A stretch of 64,000 bases of DNA from Candidatus Caldarchaeum subterraneum (lineage in GTDB: Archaea > Thermoproteota > Nitrososphaeria_A > Caldarchaeales > Caldarchaeaceae): positions 1,605,481 through 1,669,480 of the forward strand of contig BA000048.1 in the NCBI GenBank assembly GCA_000270325.1, read 5' to 3'. The notes beneath the pieces are model-generated. The model was not told where the DNA came from, made no database searches, and saw only the letters and a program-made list of their open reading frames with translations. The position numbers and the translations under genes were made by a program. Shown in pieces: positions 1 to 9,470 of the stretch. Numbering within the stretch: position 1 is the stretch's first letter; each line of letters starts with the position of its first letter.

Positions 1-7
1 AGACACC

Positions 8-117
8 TGACGTCGTCTGGGAAACCGGATGAAAGCCTAAGCATTGCTTGGTAAATCGCTTTATCGGCGTTGGTCGCTCCATTGCCAGGCGTTCATCCGG
101 TTGTTTCCCCGGCGTCA
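8..117 (-). ncRNA. candidate structured non-coding RNA (long imperfect hairpin) directly downstream of the IS110-like gene
   Basis: 23-38 AACCGGATGAAAGCCT is the reverse complement of 87-102 at 15/16; outer TGACG (8-12) pairs with CGTCA (113-117); the hairpin starts at the stop codon of ORF 115..927. Confidence 0.5.
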
Positions 118-927
118 AGCCTGGCCTCCAGCCATCAGAGTCGTCCGTATGGTTTTTAGGATTTGTCTGATTTCTTTCGCTTTTATCCTTTGTCGACGTT
201 TGACGCTTATTGTTAGACTCTCAGCGGCTTCTTTGAGCAGTTTGTTGTATTTTCCGTCGTTTGGGCGATAGATCCCAGCGTAGCAGAGTATTTTCCTCAA
301 GCCTCTGCCGAAGTCCACATATGTGAAAAGAATGGCTAGAGCGGCTTTCCCATATAATGAATTCTTTGTGTTTATTCCCAGTATCGTGGTCAGCATGTTG
401 AACTTGGGGTATGTCATCTTAGCCAACTCAACTATCTTTCTCGCAACCCTGTCCTTCTGCCTTCTAAGCTCAAGCAACACCGGGTGGATCGTCCGCTTGT
501 TGCTGAAGTTAGCCATTACCTGCTTAGTGAAGACTAGAGACCTGCTTATCTGACGGTAGAGGCTTATCAGCCTAGTCATCTCGAGAAACTCTGGAGTAAT
601 CTCCTTGAACATCGACGCATCCATGGACATCATGGCCAAAACATCGTTCCTAGCGGACTTGCTACCGTTCCTATGGCTGGGCAGTAGGTCTAACCTTCGA
701 AGTCTATAGACTCTTACGCCTCTTCTGAGAAGCCCTATGAATTCGTCTGTAAGCTCCACAGGGATAACATCAACATAGAGCTCATCACCAGATTTGGCAG
801 GTATGTCAGCTATCCTCTCAGCTTTCCCAAACTCTACGCCATCAGTAGTATATACATGGTATTCTTCTTCGGTCTTGTTCTTACGCCTCTTGTTAGCCAG
901 TCTATGGATGTCTGCGTAGAACCTCAT
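115..927 (-). mobile_element. compact IS110-family/Nop-domain-like protein, atypical
   Basis: N-terminal RuvC-like YADIH...YVD...KSARND, coiled coil, then LTTILGI...AALAIL...RKILCYAGI and YNKLLKEA, resembling the IS110 C-terminal domain; GGTGGTG SD upstream. Confidence 0.65.
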
Positions 928-1009
928 CTACACCACCTTTCTGAACACCAACACATACTCATGCCACAGGTCGTGTCGAGTATCCCTTGAAGTGGCTTAA
1001 GAATTTTGG

Positions 1010-1512
1010 TGATGGGGTTGCTGTCTATGATTTTTCGGAGAGGCTTGGAAAGATTAGGGTTGAGGACGTTGTATACAAGGAGGAAGAGGAGGCTTCTGTT
1101 ACCGAGATTGGCTCTCTGTTGAATGTTTTGAGCCTGTTATAGCTGATGTCAGGCTTTCGACCGAGACGCTATTATCCACTCTCAGAATGTTTGAGAGGGA
1201 TTTTGACTATGTTATGTTCTCGTTTAGAGATGGTGTCTTATCTCTTAGTTCTAAGCTTGAGTATGGGAATAAGTCTTTGGAGAGGTCTTTGAAGGTGTCT
1301 GGACGGGGAGAGGTGGAGAAACAGTGTTTCGGCCTCTTAGGTATTTAAAGGGTGTAGATAGGCTGGGTATTAAAGGTGTTAGGCTATTATTCAGCGAAGC
1401 GCCTCAAGAGTTTAGTAAAGAACCTCCAAAAAATAGCCCAAAACCCATAATTATTGAGGGTAGGATTAAGGATATGGAGATAACACTATACCAAGCACCA
1501 AGAATAGAATAA
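1010..1512 (+). pseudogene. frameshifted PCNA (sliding clamp)-like gene fragment
   Basis: three frames join into ...IADVRLSTETLLSTLRMFERDFDYVMFSFRDGVLSLSS...PLRYLKG...VRLLF...P...LYQAPRIE*; the ending matches the PCNA YLAPRIE terminus; no intact 5' half. Confidence 0.5.
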
Positions 1513-1565
1513 CATGAGTCCTTTCCCCTTTATATACAGGAAAGGACTGTAATGCAGTCGCCAAG

Positions 1566-2972
1566 ATGGTTGAACTCAGTCTTTACAGCTACGGGCCACG
1601 TACCTCTGTCGAATTCGGCGGCGGTAGGTTCGATGTCGGCCCCGATGTGTTCATAGCTGTCGAAGGTGTGGGAACTTTTGAGGGAGTTTCTGTCGAGCGG
1701 AAAATTCAAAGCCTTCTCTCAGCCGGCAAAGACCCGGCTAAAACAGCTGCCAAAGTCCATAGAGAATCTACGCAGAGAGGCCACGCATCCATCACCACCA
1801 GTTTGTCGTTTCAGCTTGAGGTAAGGGAATGCAGCCGCGCCCTCTCCATGCTGCTAGTTGCACCACCCTTCGGCTCATATCTCCAAGAATCCCAGAGAAG
1901 AGCAATCGTAACCCATTCATCCCTCATAACACCTCCCCTCCCGTCTGAACACCATGTAAAAATCTTCGAAGAAACTGCACACCGCCTCGTCGACGGCTAC
2001 AAACAACTAATCGAAAACGGCGTCACTCTCGAGGACGCACGCTACGTTCTTCCACTGTGCACAAAAACATCCCTCTTCATCAGCTGCAGCCTCGAAACCT
2101 ACGCACCCTTTATTCAGCACAGTAACGTCGGGGAACATTTGCCCTCCGAGGTTCACGAGTTTGCTGAAAAATTCTATTCTCTGGCGAAAAATGTCGCGCC
2201 CATGATGGTTGAGGCCCGTCTCATGATCAAGCATCCTTTAGTATCTTATCCCTTCCCCAACCCCTTCAAGCCATCTGACCCGTTTTTCAGCAAACAACTT
2301 GAGGGAAAAGACCTTGACGAGCCCCTACTCCTCCATTTACAGAATCTTCTACCGGGCAAGCTGATTCATGATGTCTTCGCCGCGCATGTTAAAGAGTTGG
2401 TGGACACCGTGAACCCGTTAATCAACGCCGTCACACTCGAGCCACTCTCCCTCGTCGCATACCATCAAGCCATCAGACACCGCACAGTCCCAACAGCCGT
2501 CGAATCAATTTACACAGCTGCCGAAAGAGCCTTGAAGAACCCTGAGAAAAACATCATTCCGCCACCAGATGTTAAAACAAATCCACGAAACATGAAGCTT
2601 TTCACGCAGCTTTGCATAGAGTCTCTGGAGTGTTATGATAAGCTTGTGAAAGACGGCTGCAGGCTGGGTGATGCAGCCCTTATTCTACCACAGGCCTTGA
2701 AGCTTTATGTTGTGAGGGCGTATAACGGGTTCAACCTATTGTATCCCTCCGGGTTCGTGGCCACGAGAACCTGTAGCTACGCACAGTGGGAGGAACGGGC
2801 CATAGCCTACAAGCTTCTACACGAGGTTGTGAAGAGGGCCCCCGAGCTTGAGACGGTTATGGGCGAGAAGTGTCGGCAGCTGGGCTACTGTCCTGAGAAA
2901 ACGTGGTGTCCCATAATCCTAAAGTATCACAAATACTCCGATGAATTGCATCAGAGGATGCAAAAGTCTTGA
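1566..2972 (+). CDS. thyX: flavin-dependent thymidylate synthase-like protein with tandem ThyX domains
   Basis: GHAS, QESQRR and EDARYVLP in domain 1; RHRx7S (RHRTVPTAVES) and AQWE in domain 2. Confidence 0.8.
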   Translation: MVELSLYSYGPRTSVEFGGGRFDVGPDVFIAVEGVGTFEGVSVERKIQSLLSAGKDPAKTAAKVHRESTQRGHASITTSLSFQLEVRECSRALSMLLVAPPFGSYLQESQRRAIVTHSSLITPPLPSEHHVKIFEETAHRLVDGYKQLIENGVTLEDARYVLPLCTKTSLFISCSLETYAPFIQHSNVGEHLPSEVHEFAEKFYSLAKNVAPMMVEARLMIKHPLVSYPFPNPFKPSDPFFSKQLEGKDLDEPLLLHLQNLLPGKLIHDVFAAHVKELVDTVNPLINAVTLEPLSLVAYHQAIRHRTVPTAVESIYTAAERALKNPEKNIIPPPDVKTNPRNMKLFTQLCIESLECYDKLVKDGCRLGDAALILPQALKLYVVRAYNGFNLLYPSGFVATRTCSYAQWEERAIAYKLLHEVVKRAPELETVMGEKCRQLGYCPEKTWCPIILKYHKYSDELHQRMQKS

Positions 2973-3439
2973 GCAAGGAGCGTTTAAAGAAAATTGAGGT
3001 AAGCGGCCCAGGCATCAACTTTGACTACGCCCACTTTCTACCCAGCTCACCTAAGTGCGGCGTTCTACATGGCCACTCTTCAACAGTTTCCGTTACGGTT
3101 GTGGGCAAGGTGGTCGACGAAATGGTTGTCGAGTTCGGCGAACTGAAGAAAATTGTTAAGAAAGTGGTGGATGCTATGGACCACAAACTCATCGTATGCA
3201 GAAAATATCTAAGCCATCTGGAGGATGGTAAGGTCAAGGTCGAGTTCGACGGCGTAGGAGGCCACTATGAATTCATACTTCCCATCAACTCGGTCTACGT
3301 GATAGAACGCGATTCAACAGTTGAGAACATTTCAGAACACATAGCTGCGAGGCTTAGAGAGATGCTTCCTCCAAATGTTCAGAGAATACACGTAAGGATG
3401 AGTGAAGGATTCGGAAAATACGCCACCTCTTCACTATGA
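2969..3439 (+). CDS. queD: 6-carboxy-5,6,7,8-tetrahydropterin synthase (PTPS family)
   Basis: AHFL, CGVLHGHS, DHK and STVENI motifs; next to queC. Confidence 0.9.
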   Translation: MSKERLKKIEVSGPGINFDYAHFLPSSPKCGVLHGHSSTVSVTVVGKVVDEMVVEFGELKKIVKKVVDAMDHKLIVCRKYLSHLEDGKVKVEFDGVGGHYEFILPINSVYVIERDSTVENISEHIAARLREMLPPNVQRIHVRMSEGFGKYATSSL

Positions 3440-4086
3440 AGATTGTGGCGCTTGTTTCAGGCGGCATCGACTCCACAGTTATGCTGTGGAAACTGCGCAG
3501 CGAGGGCCATTCAATTCTGCCCTTGACTCTGCTGACTTTCAGAAGAAACCCGAGGGAGATCGAGGCTGCCAAGAAAATCTCCAAAGCAGCAAGCGGACGC
3601 GAGCCAATTGTGTATGATGTCAGCTTTCTCCGCGAACTATATGATTATCCGCAGCACATAAAGGAGAGAGTTTTCCAACAGTTTCCCAGTTTACCCAACA
3701 TCGTCATCCCCTACCGAAACATTATCTTCTATTCGGTGGCTGCGTACGTGGCCTGCCACGAGGCGGCTGAGGCGATAGCAGGTGGACACACCCGCGAGGA
3801 CATGGAGCGTATACCCGATGTCGGAGAAGAGTTTTTCGCTGATCTGGAGAAAATCCTAAACAAGTCCACACCGTTCCACAGGGTCAAAATCTTGACACCT
3901 GTTGCGGGTCTCTGGAAGCCGGAGATAATGAGGCTTGGTGTCGAGCTCGGCGCACCAATCGGGGAAACTTGGAGCTGCTGGTCGGTTTTTGAGAAACACT
4001 GCGGCAAATGCCCCGGCTGCTTATCGAGAAAAGAGGTTTTCAGAGCCGTGGGGCTCACAGACCCTACCGAGTATCTGGAGGGATAG
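3436..4086 (+). CDS. queC: 7-cyano-7-deazaguanine synthase
   Basis: SGGIDS, PYRN and TWSCW...HCGKCPGC Zn motif. Confidence 0.92.
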   Translation: MKIVALVSGGIDSTVMLWKLRSEGHSILPLTLLTFRRNPREIEAAKKISKAASGREPIVYDVSFLRELYDYPQHIKERVFQQFPSLPNIVIPYRNIIFYSVAAYVACHEAAEAIAGGHTREDMERIPDVGEEFFADLEKILNKSTPFHRVKILTPVAGLWKPEIMRLGVELGAPIGETWSCWSVFEKHCGKCPGCLSRKEVFRAVGLTDPTEYLEG

Positions 4087-4121
4087 CGTTTTTAGCTACA
4101 TTTCTTAGCCATGGCAGGGGG

Positions 4122-4925
4122 ATGGCGTCACTTACGGTTGTCTATGCAGGTAAGCGCCCCGATGCCGTTGCAGCCGCAGAAAAGCTCAGGGAAATTCTTC
4201 CGAAGCATTTTGAAAAGTGGCGTGTTTTATCGCTCTCAGAGTTCGAGCAAATCAGTCAGAGTCCTGTTGACGATGTTTTGATGATTCTCGGAGGAGACGG
4301 CACCGTTCTGAGGGCGACGAGACACATAAAGTCTCCGAATGTAAGGGTCGTCGGCGTGAATTTTGGGAGAGCTGGGTTCCTTTGCGTGATCGAGCCCGAG
4401 GAGTTGGAGACGGCTGTGAAGAAATTAGCAGCGGAAGATTATCATGTGGAGGAGATTATGAGGTTGTCTCTCTATGTCGACGACAAATACGTGGGGGATG
4501 CGTTGAATGAGATTTACGTCTCTTCGACGAGGCCCGGGACAGTGATTGAGTATCGTGTTCAGCAGCGTGAGGTGCTTGCCTCCGATGTGGCAGACGGAGT
4601 AATATTATCTACACCTGTGGGCTCGACAGCCTATGCGTTTTCCAGCGGAGGACCGATAGTAGATGAGAGGCTGGAGACGGTTGTGGTCGTGCCGATGGCT
4701 TCAATGACAAACCTTAGACCAATGGTAATCTCGATAGCCACTCCTCTACAGGTCTCTGTTGTGAAGGGGCGTGCACAGGCCCTCGTCGACGGACACACGG
4801 TTACACCTGTTGAGAAGGGAGAGGTCCGGGTTGAGAAATCACTTCACAGCATACACATGATATCTTTCGACGAGAGACCGTTGTTTAGTCGTAGGCTGAG
4901 GAAAAGATTGTATGGCAGGCCGTAG
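4122..4925 (+). CDS. nadK: NAD(+) kinase
   Basis: GGDGT, LNE, DG and STPVGSTAY..S.GGP motifs; start moved to in-frame ATG 4122. Confidence 0.92.
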   Translation: MASLTVVYAGKRPDAVAAAEKLREILPKHFEKWRVLSLSEFEQISQSPVDDVLMILGGDGTVLRATRHIKSPNVRVVGVNFGRAGFLCVIEPEELETAVKKLAAEDYHVEEIMRLSLYVDDKYVGDALNEIYVSSTRPGTVIEYRVQQREVLASDVADGVILSTPVGSTAYAFSSGGPIVDERLETVVVVPMASMTNLRPMVISIATPLQVSVVKGRAQALVDGHTVTPVEKGEVRVEKSLHSIHMISFDERPLFSRRLRKRLYGRP

Positions 4926-5418
4926 GGTTTTTGTTCTCGACACAACAGCTCTTCTGTCTGCGCAATTTGAGCCAGGACCAGCCGAGCTTGTCACCGTTCA
5001 GGAGGCCGTTGACGAGGTGATGTATGGAGGGCTTGCCCCCCAGAGAGTTTCCACGGCTCTGTCAACCCAGGCCGTCAAACTCAAAAAACCCTCTCCCCAA
5101 GCAATCAAACATGTCGAAGAAGCCGCGCGCAAAACAGGCGACTTGCCCAAACTCTCTAAAACCGATTTGGCTCTCCTTGCACTGGCTTATGAGGAGAGGG
5201 TTGGCGGAGCAGAGGTGGTCGTCGTTACGGATGACTACAGTCTTCAGAACACTGCGTTGAGGCTGGGATTAGGTATCTGGGGTGTGGGGCGTGAAACTGT
5301 TCGAGAGATACGGGAATGGGTTTACCGTTGCTTGGTATGCGGCAAGGTTTACACGCGTCCCGTGAACCGATGTAGGGACTGTGGTGGCGAAGTGGAGAGA
5401 ATTGTCAAGAGGCCTTAG
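4912..5418 (+). CDS. nob1: Nob1-type PIN endonuclease with Zn ribbon (rRNA maturation)
   Basis: VLDTTA, TGDLPKLSKTD, TDDYSLQN and CxxC...CxxCG. Confidence 0.88.
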   Translation: MAGRRVFVLDTTALLSAQFEPGPAELVTVQEAVDEVMYGGLAPQRVSTALSTQAVKLKKPSPQAIKHVEEAARKTGDLPKLSKTDLALLALAYEERVGGAEVVVVTDDYSLQNTALRLGLGIWGVGRETVREIREWVYRCLVCGKVYTRPVNRCRDCGGEVERIVKRP

Positions 5419-5959
5419 CGATGAAGTAGCCTGACAACAATAGTCCCCAGCTCAGCACAGGGTAGACAATCAGCCTCTCCATCCCACCGTGTCCAAGACC
5501 GAGGTAGTTACCCGATGCGAAGAGAGCCAAAGCAGCCAGAGCTGTCAAACCACACACCATAGAAAATACACCCATCAAACGGTTGAACACCCTCAACCCG
5601 TAGACCGCGGCGAGGCCCGCGAAGAAAAACGTGATGAAGGAAAAGACAGTGTGAAGAACCGGAACATTTTCCGGAAAGAGTCCGACGCCGAAAGCACCCA
5701 CTCCAGCAGCGGCTACAAGAGCCGCGAAAACCCTGCTGCCCACAACCGCCAAACTCAGATAAGCCGCGGCAATCACGCAGACACCCAGAAAAGAGACGGA
5801 GGTGTTGAACACGGGCGCAGCTACCCCCACACCCAAATCACTGATATAATTACCCGAAACACTGTACCCAGGGTAGATGGATTCCGCGACACGGAGGAAA
5901 AAAAGAAACTGGGCCACGCCGATAAAAAGCACTGCACCTGCGAGTGATGACCTTCTCAT
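5405..5959 (-). CDS. DUF998-like membrane protein
   Basis: YPGYS..NYISDLG, GVGLFPE and G.MERL motifs; ~5 TM helices. Confidence 0.75.
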   Translation of the reverse strand: MRRSSLAGAVLFIGVAQFLFFLRVAESIYPGYSVSGNYISDLGVGVAAPVFNTSVSFLGVCVIAAAYLSLAVVGSRVFAALVAAAGVGAFGVGLFPENVPVLHTVFSFITFFFAGLAAVYGLRVFNRLMGVFSMVCGLTALAALALFASGNYLGLGHGGMERLIVYPVLSWGLLLSGYFIAKAS

Positions 5960-6068
5960 ACCTAACAGAGGTATTGGTGGATATTTTTCTGTTTACCGTT
6001 CTCCTTATGAGTTCTATGTGCTGTTGTTTATGGAGAAGATTTAAATACTCTCTGTTGCTTTCCGCATT

Positions 6069-6602
6069 ATGGCCCAGTATGGATTGCGCCTTTCCACAAA
6101 AAGCTTGTCAATAATTGCTCTTTCCGCAGCCTTCTACGTCCTCATGGGCGCCATATCCGGTCTCGTTCTCCCCGCGGCCCGTGGATACCCAGCCCATTTT
6201 TTCCGAGGACTCGCCATGAGCGCCGCCGGAGCCTACACGAGGCGTATGTGGAGCGTCACAGTAATGTCGCTCATATCTGGAATCCTGTTTCTGGTTTTGG
6301 TTCCGGCTCCCGCGCCCTACCTACTTTTCTCCACGGTCGCTGCCGGGCTGCTCTATGACCTGAGCATGGGAAGAAACTATCCCGATGTATGTAGAAAGCG
6401 GCGACGAATTACCGTTGCCACCATCATAAGTGGATTGGGTGAGGCGGTTGTGGCGCTTGGAATCCTTACCTATGTTGGGTTGTTCGGTGCACAGCCTTCC
6501 GCCATAGCAATCATATGGATTGTGACTATAGCCGCGAACATTGTCCTCAGCACAGCGGGCGCACAGGTGACCGTCACTCTTCTACGGAGATACGCAAAAT
6601 GA
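6069..6602 (+). CDS. membrane protein, possible ECF S-component
   Basis: 177 aa with 5-6 hydrophobic helices. Confidence 0.5.
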   Translation: MAQYGLRLSTKSLSIIALSAAFYVLMGAISGLVLPAARGYPAHFFRGLAMSAAGAYTRRMWSVTVMSLISGILFLVLVPAPAPYLLFSTVAAGLLYDLSMGRNYPDVCRKRRRITVATIISGLGEAVVALGILTYVGLFGAQPSAIAIIWIVTIAANIVLSTAGAQVTVTLLRRYAK

Positions 6603-7030
6603 GTCAGCCAGAGATACTCTTTCTCACGCGTTTAGGAATTGTATACGGCTTGGTTTTCTGGGTTGGAGGAATAGCGCATCTCGCCTTCGCGGCCATTCCT
6701 CAGCTTGCGAAGCTCGAGAACATCGCTGATAGGACGAGGCTTATGGGCGGCATGATGAAGAGATACAACCCAGTTGCGTGGACAGCCATCCCCATCTTAA
6801 TCGCCTCCACAACCTACCTAACACTCCACTCCGCTGGAAAAACTCCATTACCTATAATCACCCTCGCCATACTGTACACAGCCGCCGTCCTAGATTTCTT
6901 GCACTCATTCATACTGGGCCCGCGCGCAGCCTCTGGGAAAACACATGCGAGAACTTTGGCTCTAACAGTCGCAAGAGTTGAGACGGCGCTGGCTCTGGCT
7001 CTACCTCTTCTAATCGCTGGCCTGCTTTAG
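6599..7030 (+). CDS. four-TM membrane protein (CopD/DUF4149-like)
   Basis: FWVGG motif and hydrophobic helices; ATGA overlap with the upstream stop. Confidence 0.55.
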   Translation: MSQPEILFLTRLGIVYGLVFWVGGIAHLAFAAIPQLAKLENIADRTRLMGGMMKRYNPVAWTAIPILIASTTYLTLHSAGKTPLPIITLAILYTAAVLDFLHSFILGPRAASGKTHARTLALTVARVETALALALPLLIAGLL

Positions 7031-7077
7031 TTATTCGCTGCAAAGACTTTATCAAGTGATTATTACCATGCTGTTCC

Positions 7078-8610
7078 GTGGAGGATGTTATAGCAGTCGT
7101 CGACTTCGGCGGCCAATACGCGCACCTCATCAGCAGAAGAATACGCAGCATCGGTGTCAAAACCCATGTCATACCGCACAGCATGCTCCCCGACACGGAC
7201 ATCAGCATCTACAGAGGAGTAGTTTTCTCCGGAGGGCCGGCGAGCGTCTATGAAAACAACGCCCCCAAAGTGGATATGGAGAAACTCCGCGGCAAGCCCT
7301 TGCTGGGAATATGTTATGGCCATCAATTGATCGCTTATCTGCTGGGCGGCGAGGTTAGACGTGAAAGGGCCCGAGAATACGGTAGAGCAGAACTTTTCCT
7401 TAAACATGGATGCCGTCTTTTCCAAGGATTGCCTGACAGGTTTATGGTTTGGATGAGCCACGGCGACCACGTCGAAAAAATTCCACAAGGCTTCGAAACA
7501 GCCGCATCAACCAACACCTCACCTCACGCAGCCATATGCAATGAAGCAGGAAACATCTACGGCGTACAGTTTCATCCAGAGGTCGCCCACACAGAACACG
7601 GCTTAAAAATTCTCAAAAACTTCGTATTCGACATATGTGGGTGCAGTGCTTCATGGCGTATGGAGGACTATCTGGAGAAAGCAGTGTCCGAGGTTGTGGA
7701 AGTAGTTGGACCTGGCCGTGTACTATGTGCGGTCAGCGGCGGAATAGACTCCACGGTCACCGCCGCCATAGTCTCTAAGGCCGTGGGCAAACGGCTTAAA
7801 TGCCTGTTCGTTAACCATGGGCTGCTGCGTAAAAACGAGCCGGAAAAAGTTCTTGAAACTTTGCGGAAAATTGTGGGTGAGGATAACATTATCTACATCG
7901 ATGCCTCCGAACGGTTTCTTAACAGACTACGCGGTGTCGTAGACCCGGAGGAGAAGAGGCGGATAATAGGACACGAGTTCGCAGCCATATTTGAGGAGGT
8001 TAGCAAAGCCTATGGGCCTTTCACACATCTTGCTCAGGGAACCCTTTACCCCGACGTGGTCGAGAGCGGAAAATCAGTCGGCGGCTCAGCTGTCATAAAA
8101 ACTCATCACAACGTCGGCGGAATGCCTCAAAACTTCGGCATGAAACTGGTTGAGCCGCTCCGCGAACTCTACAAGGATGAAGTCAGACAACTCGCCGAAA
8201 TGATGGGGCTGCCCCGTTGGCTGGTTAAGCGGCATCCCTTCCCAGGCCCGGGTCTGGCCGTCAGAATAATTGGCGAGGTTACTGAGGAGAAGCTTGAGAT
8301 ATGCAGGGAGGCGTCGGCTATTGTTGAGGAGGAGCTGGAGAAGGCGGGGCTGCTGGACGAGGTTTGGCAAGCCTTCGCAGTCGTCGGGGACGACAAAGCC
8401 ACAGGCGTCAGAGGCGATAGAAGGAGCCTCGGCTACATCGTGACAGTCCGTGTTGTCTCATCGGTTGACGGTATGACAGCCGACTATGTGAAGCTGCCTT
8501 ACACGGTGCTTGACAGAATAGCCTCGAGAATAGCTAACGAGCTGGATAAAGTAAGCTGGGTAACGTACGCCGTCTCGAGCAAGCCGCCTGCCACGATTGA
8601 GCCTCAGTAG
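7078..8610 (+). CDS. guaA: GMP synthase (glutamine-hydrolysing), fused GATase and synthetase domains
   Basis: DFGGQY, GICYG, QFHPE, SGGIDS, IKTHHNVGG, HPFPGPGL and KPPATIE. Confidence 0.97.
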   Translation: MEDVIAVVDFGGQYAHLISRRIRSIGVKTHVIPHSMLPDTDISIYRGVVFSGGPASVYENNAPKVDMEKLRGKPLLGICYGHQLIAYLLGGEVRRERAREYGRAELFLKHGCRLFQGLPDRFMVWMSHGDHVEKIPQGFETAASTNTSPHAAICNEAGNIYGVQFHPEVAHTEHGLKILKNFVFDICGCSASWRMEDYLEKAVSEVVEVVGPGRVLCAVSGGIDSTVTAAIVSKAVGKRLKCLFVNHGLLRKNEPEKVLETLRKIVGEDNIIYIDASERFLNRLRGVVDPEEKRRIIGHEFAAIFEEVSKAYGPFTHLAQGTLYPDVVESGKSVGGSAVIKTHHNVGGMPQNFGMKLVEPLRELYKDEVRQLAEMMGLPRWLVKRHPFPGPGLAVRIIGEVTEEKLEICREASAIVEEELEKAGLLDEVWQAFAVVGDDKATGVRGDRRSLGYIVTVRVVSSVDGMTADYVKLPYTVLDRIASRIANELDKVSWVTYAVSSKPPATIEPQ

Positions 8611-8611
8611 G

Positions 8612-9418
8612 TTACCTACCTTTCCAGACTGGTTTACGTTTCTCGAGAAAAGCTCGGGCGCCCTCTTTCTGGTCCTCGGTGGCGAAGAGCGAGGCGAAGA
8701 GCATCAGCTCCGCTCTTAAACCAGCCAATAGACCTGTCTCCATGGCGAGGTTAACAGCTTCTTTCGCAGCAGCCAACGCCATCCTCGGCTTCGACAAAAG
8801 CTTCTCCACCAGCTCCTTCACAGCCTCCTCAAGCCTATCACGTGGAACCACCACATTCACAACACCCATCTTCTCCAACTCCCTCGCCGATATCCTGTCA
8901 CCAGTCATCACCAGCTGCTTAGCCCTTTTCTCACCCACCAGACGCGCCAGACGCTGTGTACCTCCACCTCCCGGAATCAGTCCAAGGTTTATCTCGGGCT
9001 GTCCAAAAACGGCGTCCTCAGCCGCGACAATCATGTCACAGGACATCGCGAGCTCAAACCCTCCGCCCAGACAGTACCCCTCCACAACAGCGATAACAGG
9101 CTTCTGCATGCTGCGTATGATGTTCGCCAGAACCATCGATGTGCCAACCTCGTTGGCTATGCTTACACATTTTGCGGGGTCCCATTCAAGGAAAGCCCGG
9201 ATATCTGCTCCCGCGGAGAAGTTTCCACCAGCCCCACGGATTAAAACAACCCTTGCTTCGTCATCTCTGGCAGCCTCCTCCAAAGCACGGCGAAGCTCCC
9301 TCCTAAGCTCCAGCTCCAAAGCATTGTAACGCGAAGGATTGTTGAGAACAATCGAAGCAACACCTCCCTCCTTAGAGAATATGACTTTACTGAACTCGCC
9401 GGACATAATCGTAAACAT
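8612..9418 (-). CDS. enoyl-CoA hydratase/crotonase family protein
   Basis: FSAGAD, GGGFEL and FGQPE..LGLIPG.GGTQRL. Confidence 0.93.
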   Translation of the reverse strand: MFTIMSGEFSKVIFSKEGGVASIVLNNPSRYNALELELRRELRRALEEAARDDEARVVLIRGAGGNFSAGADIRAFLEWDPAKCVSIANEVGTSMVLANIIRSMQKPVIAVVEGYCLGGGFELAMSCDMIVAAEDAVFGQPEINLGLIPGGGGTQRLARLVGEKRAKQLVMTGDRISARELEKMGVVNVVVPRDRLEEAVKELVEKLLSKPRMALAAAKEAVNLAMETGLLAGLRAELMLFASLFATEDQKEGARAFLEKRKPVWKGR

Positions 9419-9470
9419 GATTCAGAGTATTTAGCTCCTCGCATGAAAGGACCTACAATTGTTTGCCGTA

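Noticed and set aside
8679-9329. Long antisense ORFs (also 14882-15556, 43522-44235 and others)
   Set aside because: Shadows of well-supported genes on the opposite strand, with Ser/Pro/Thr-skewed composition
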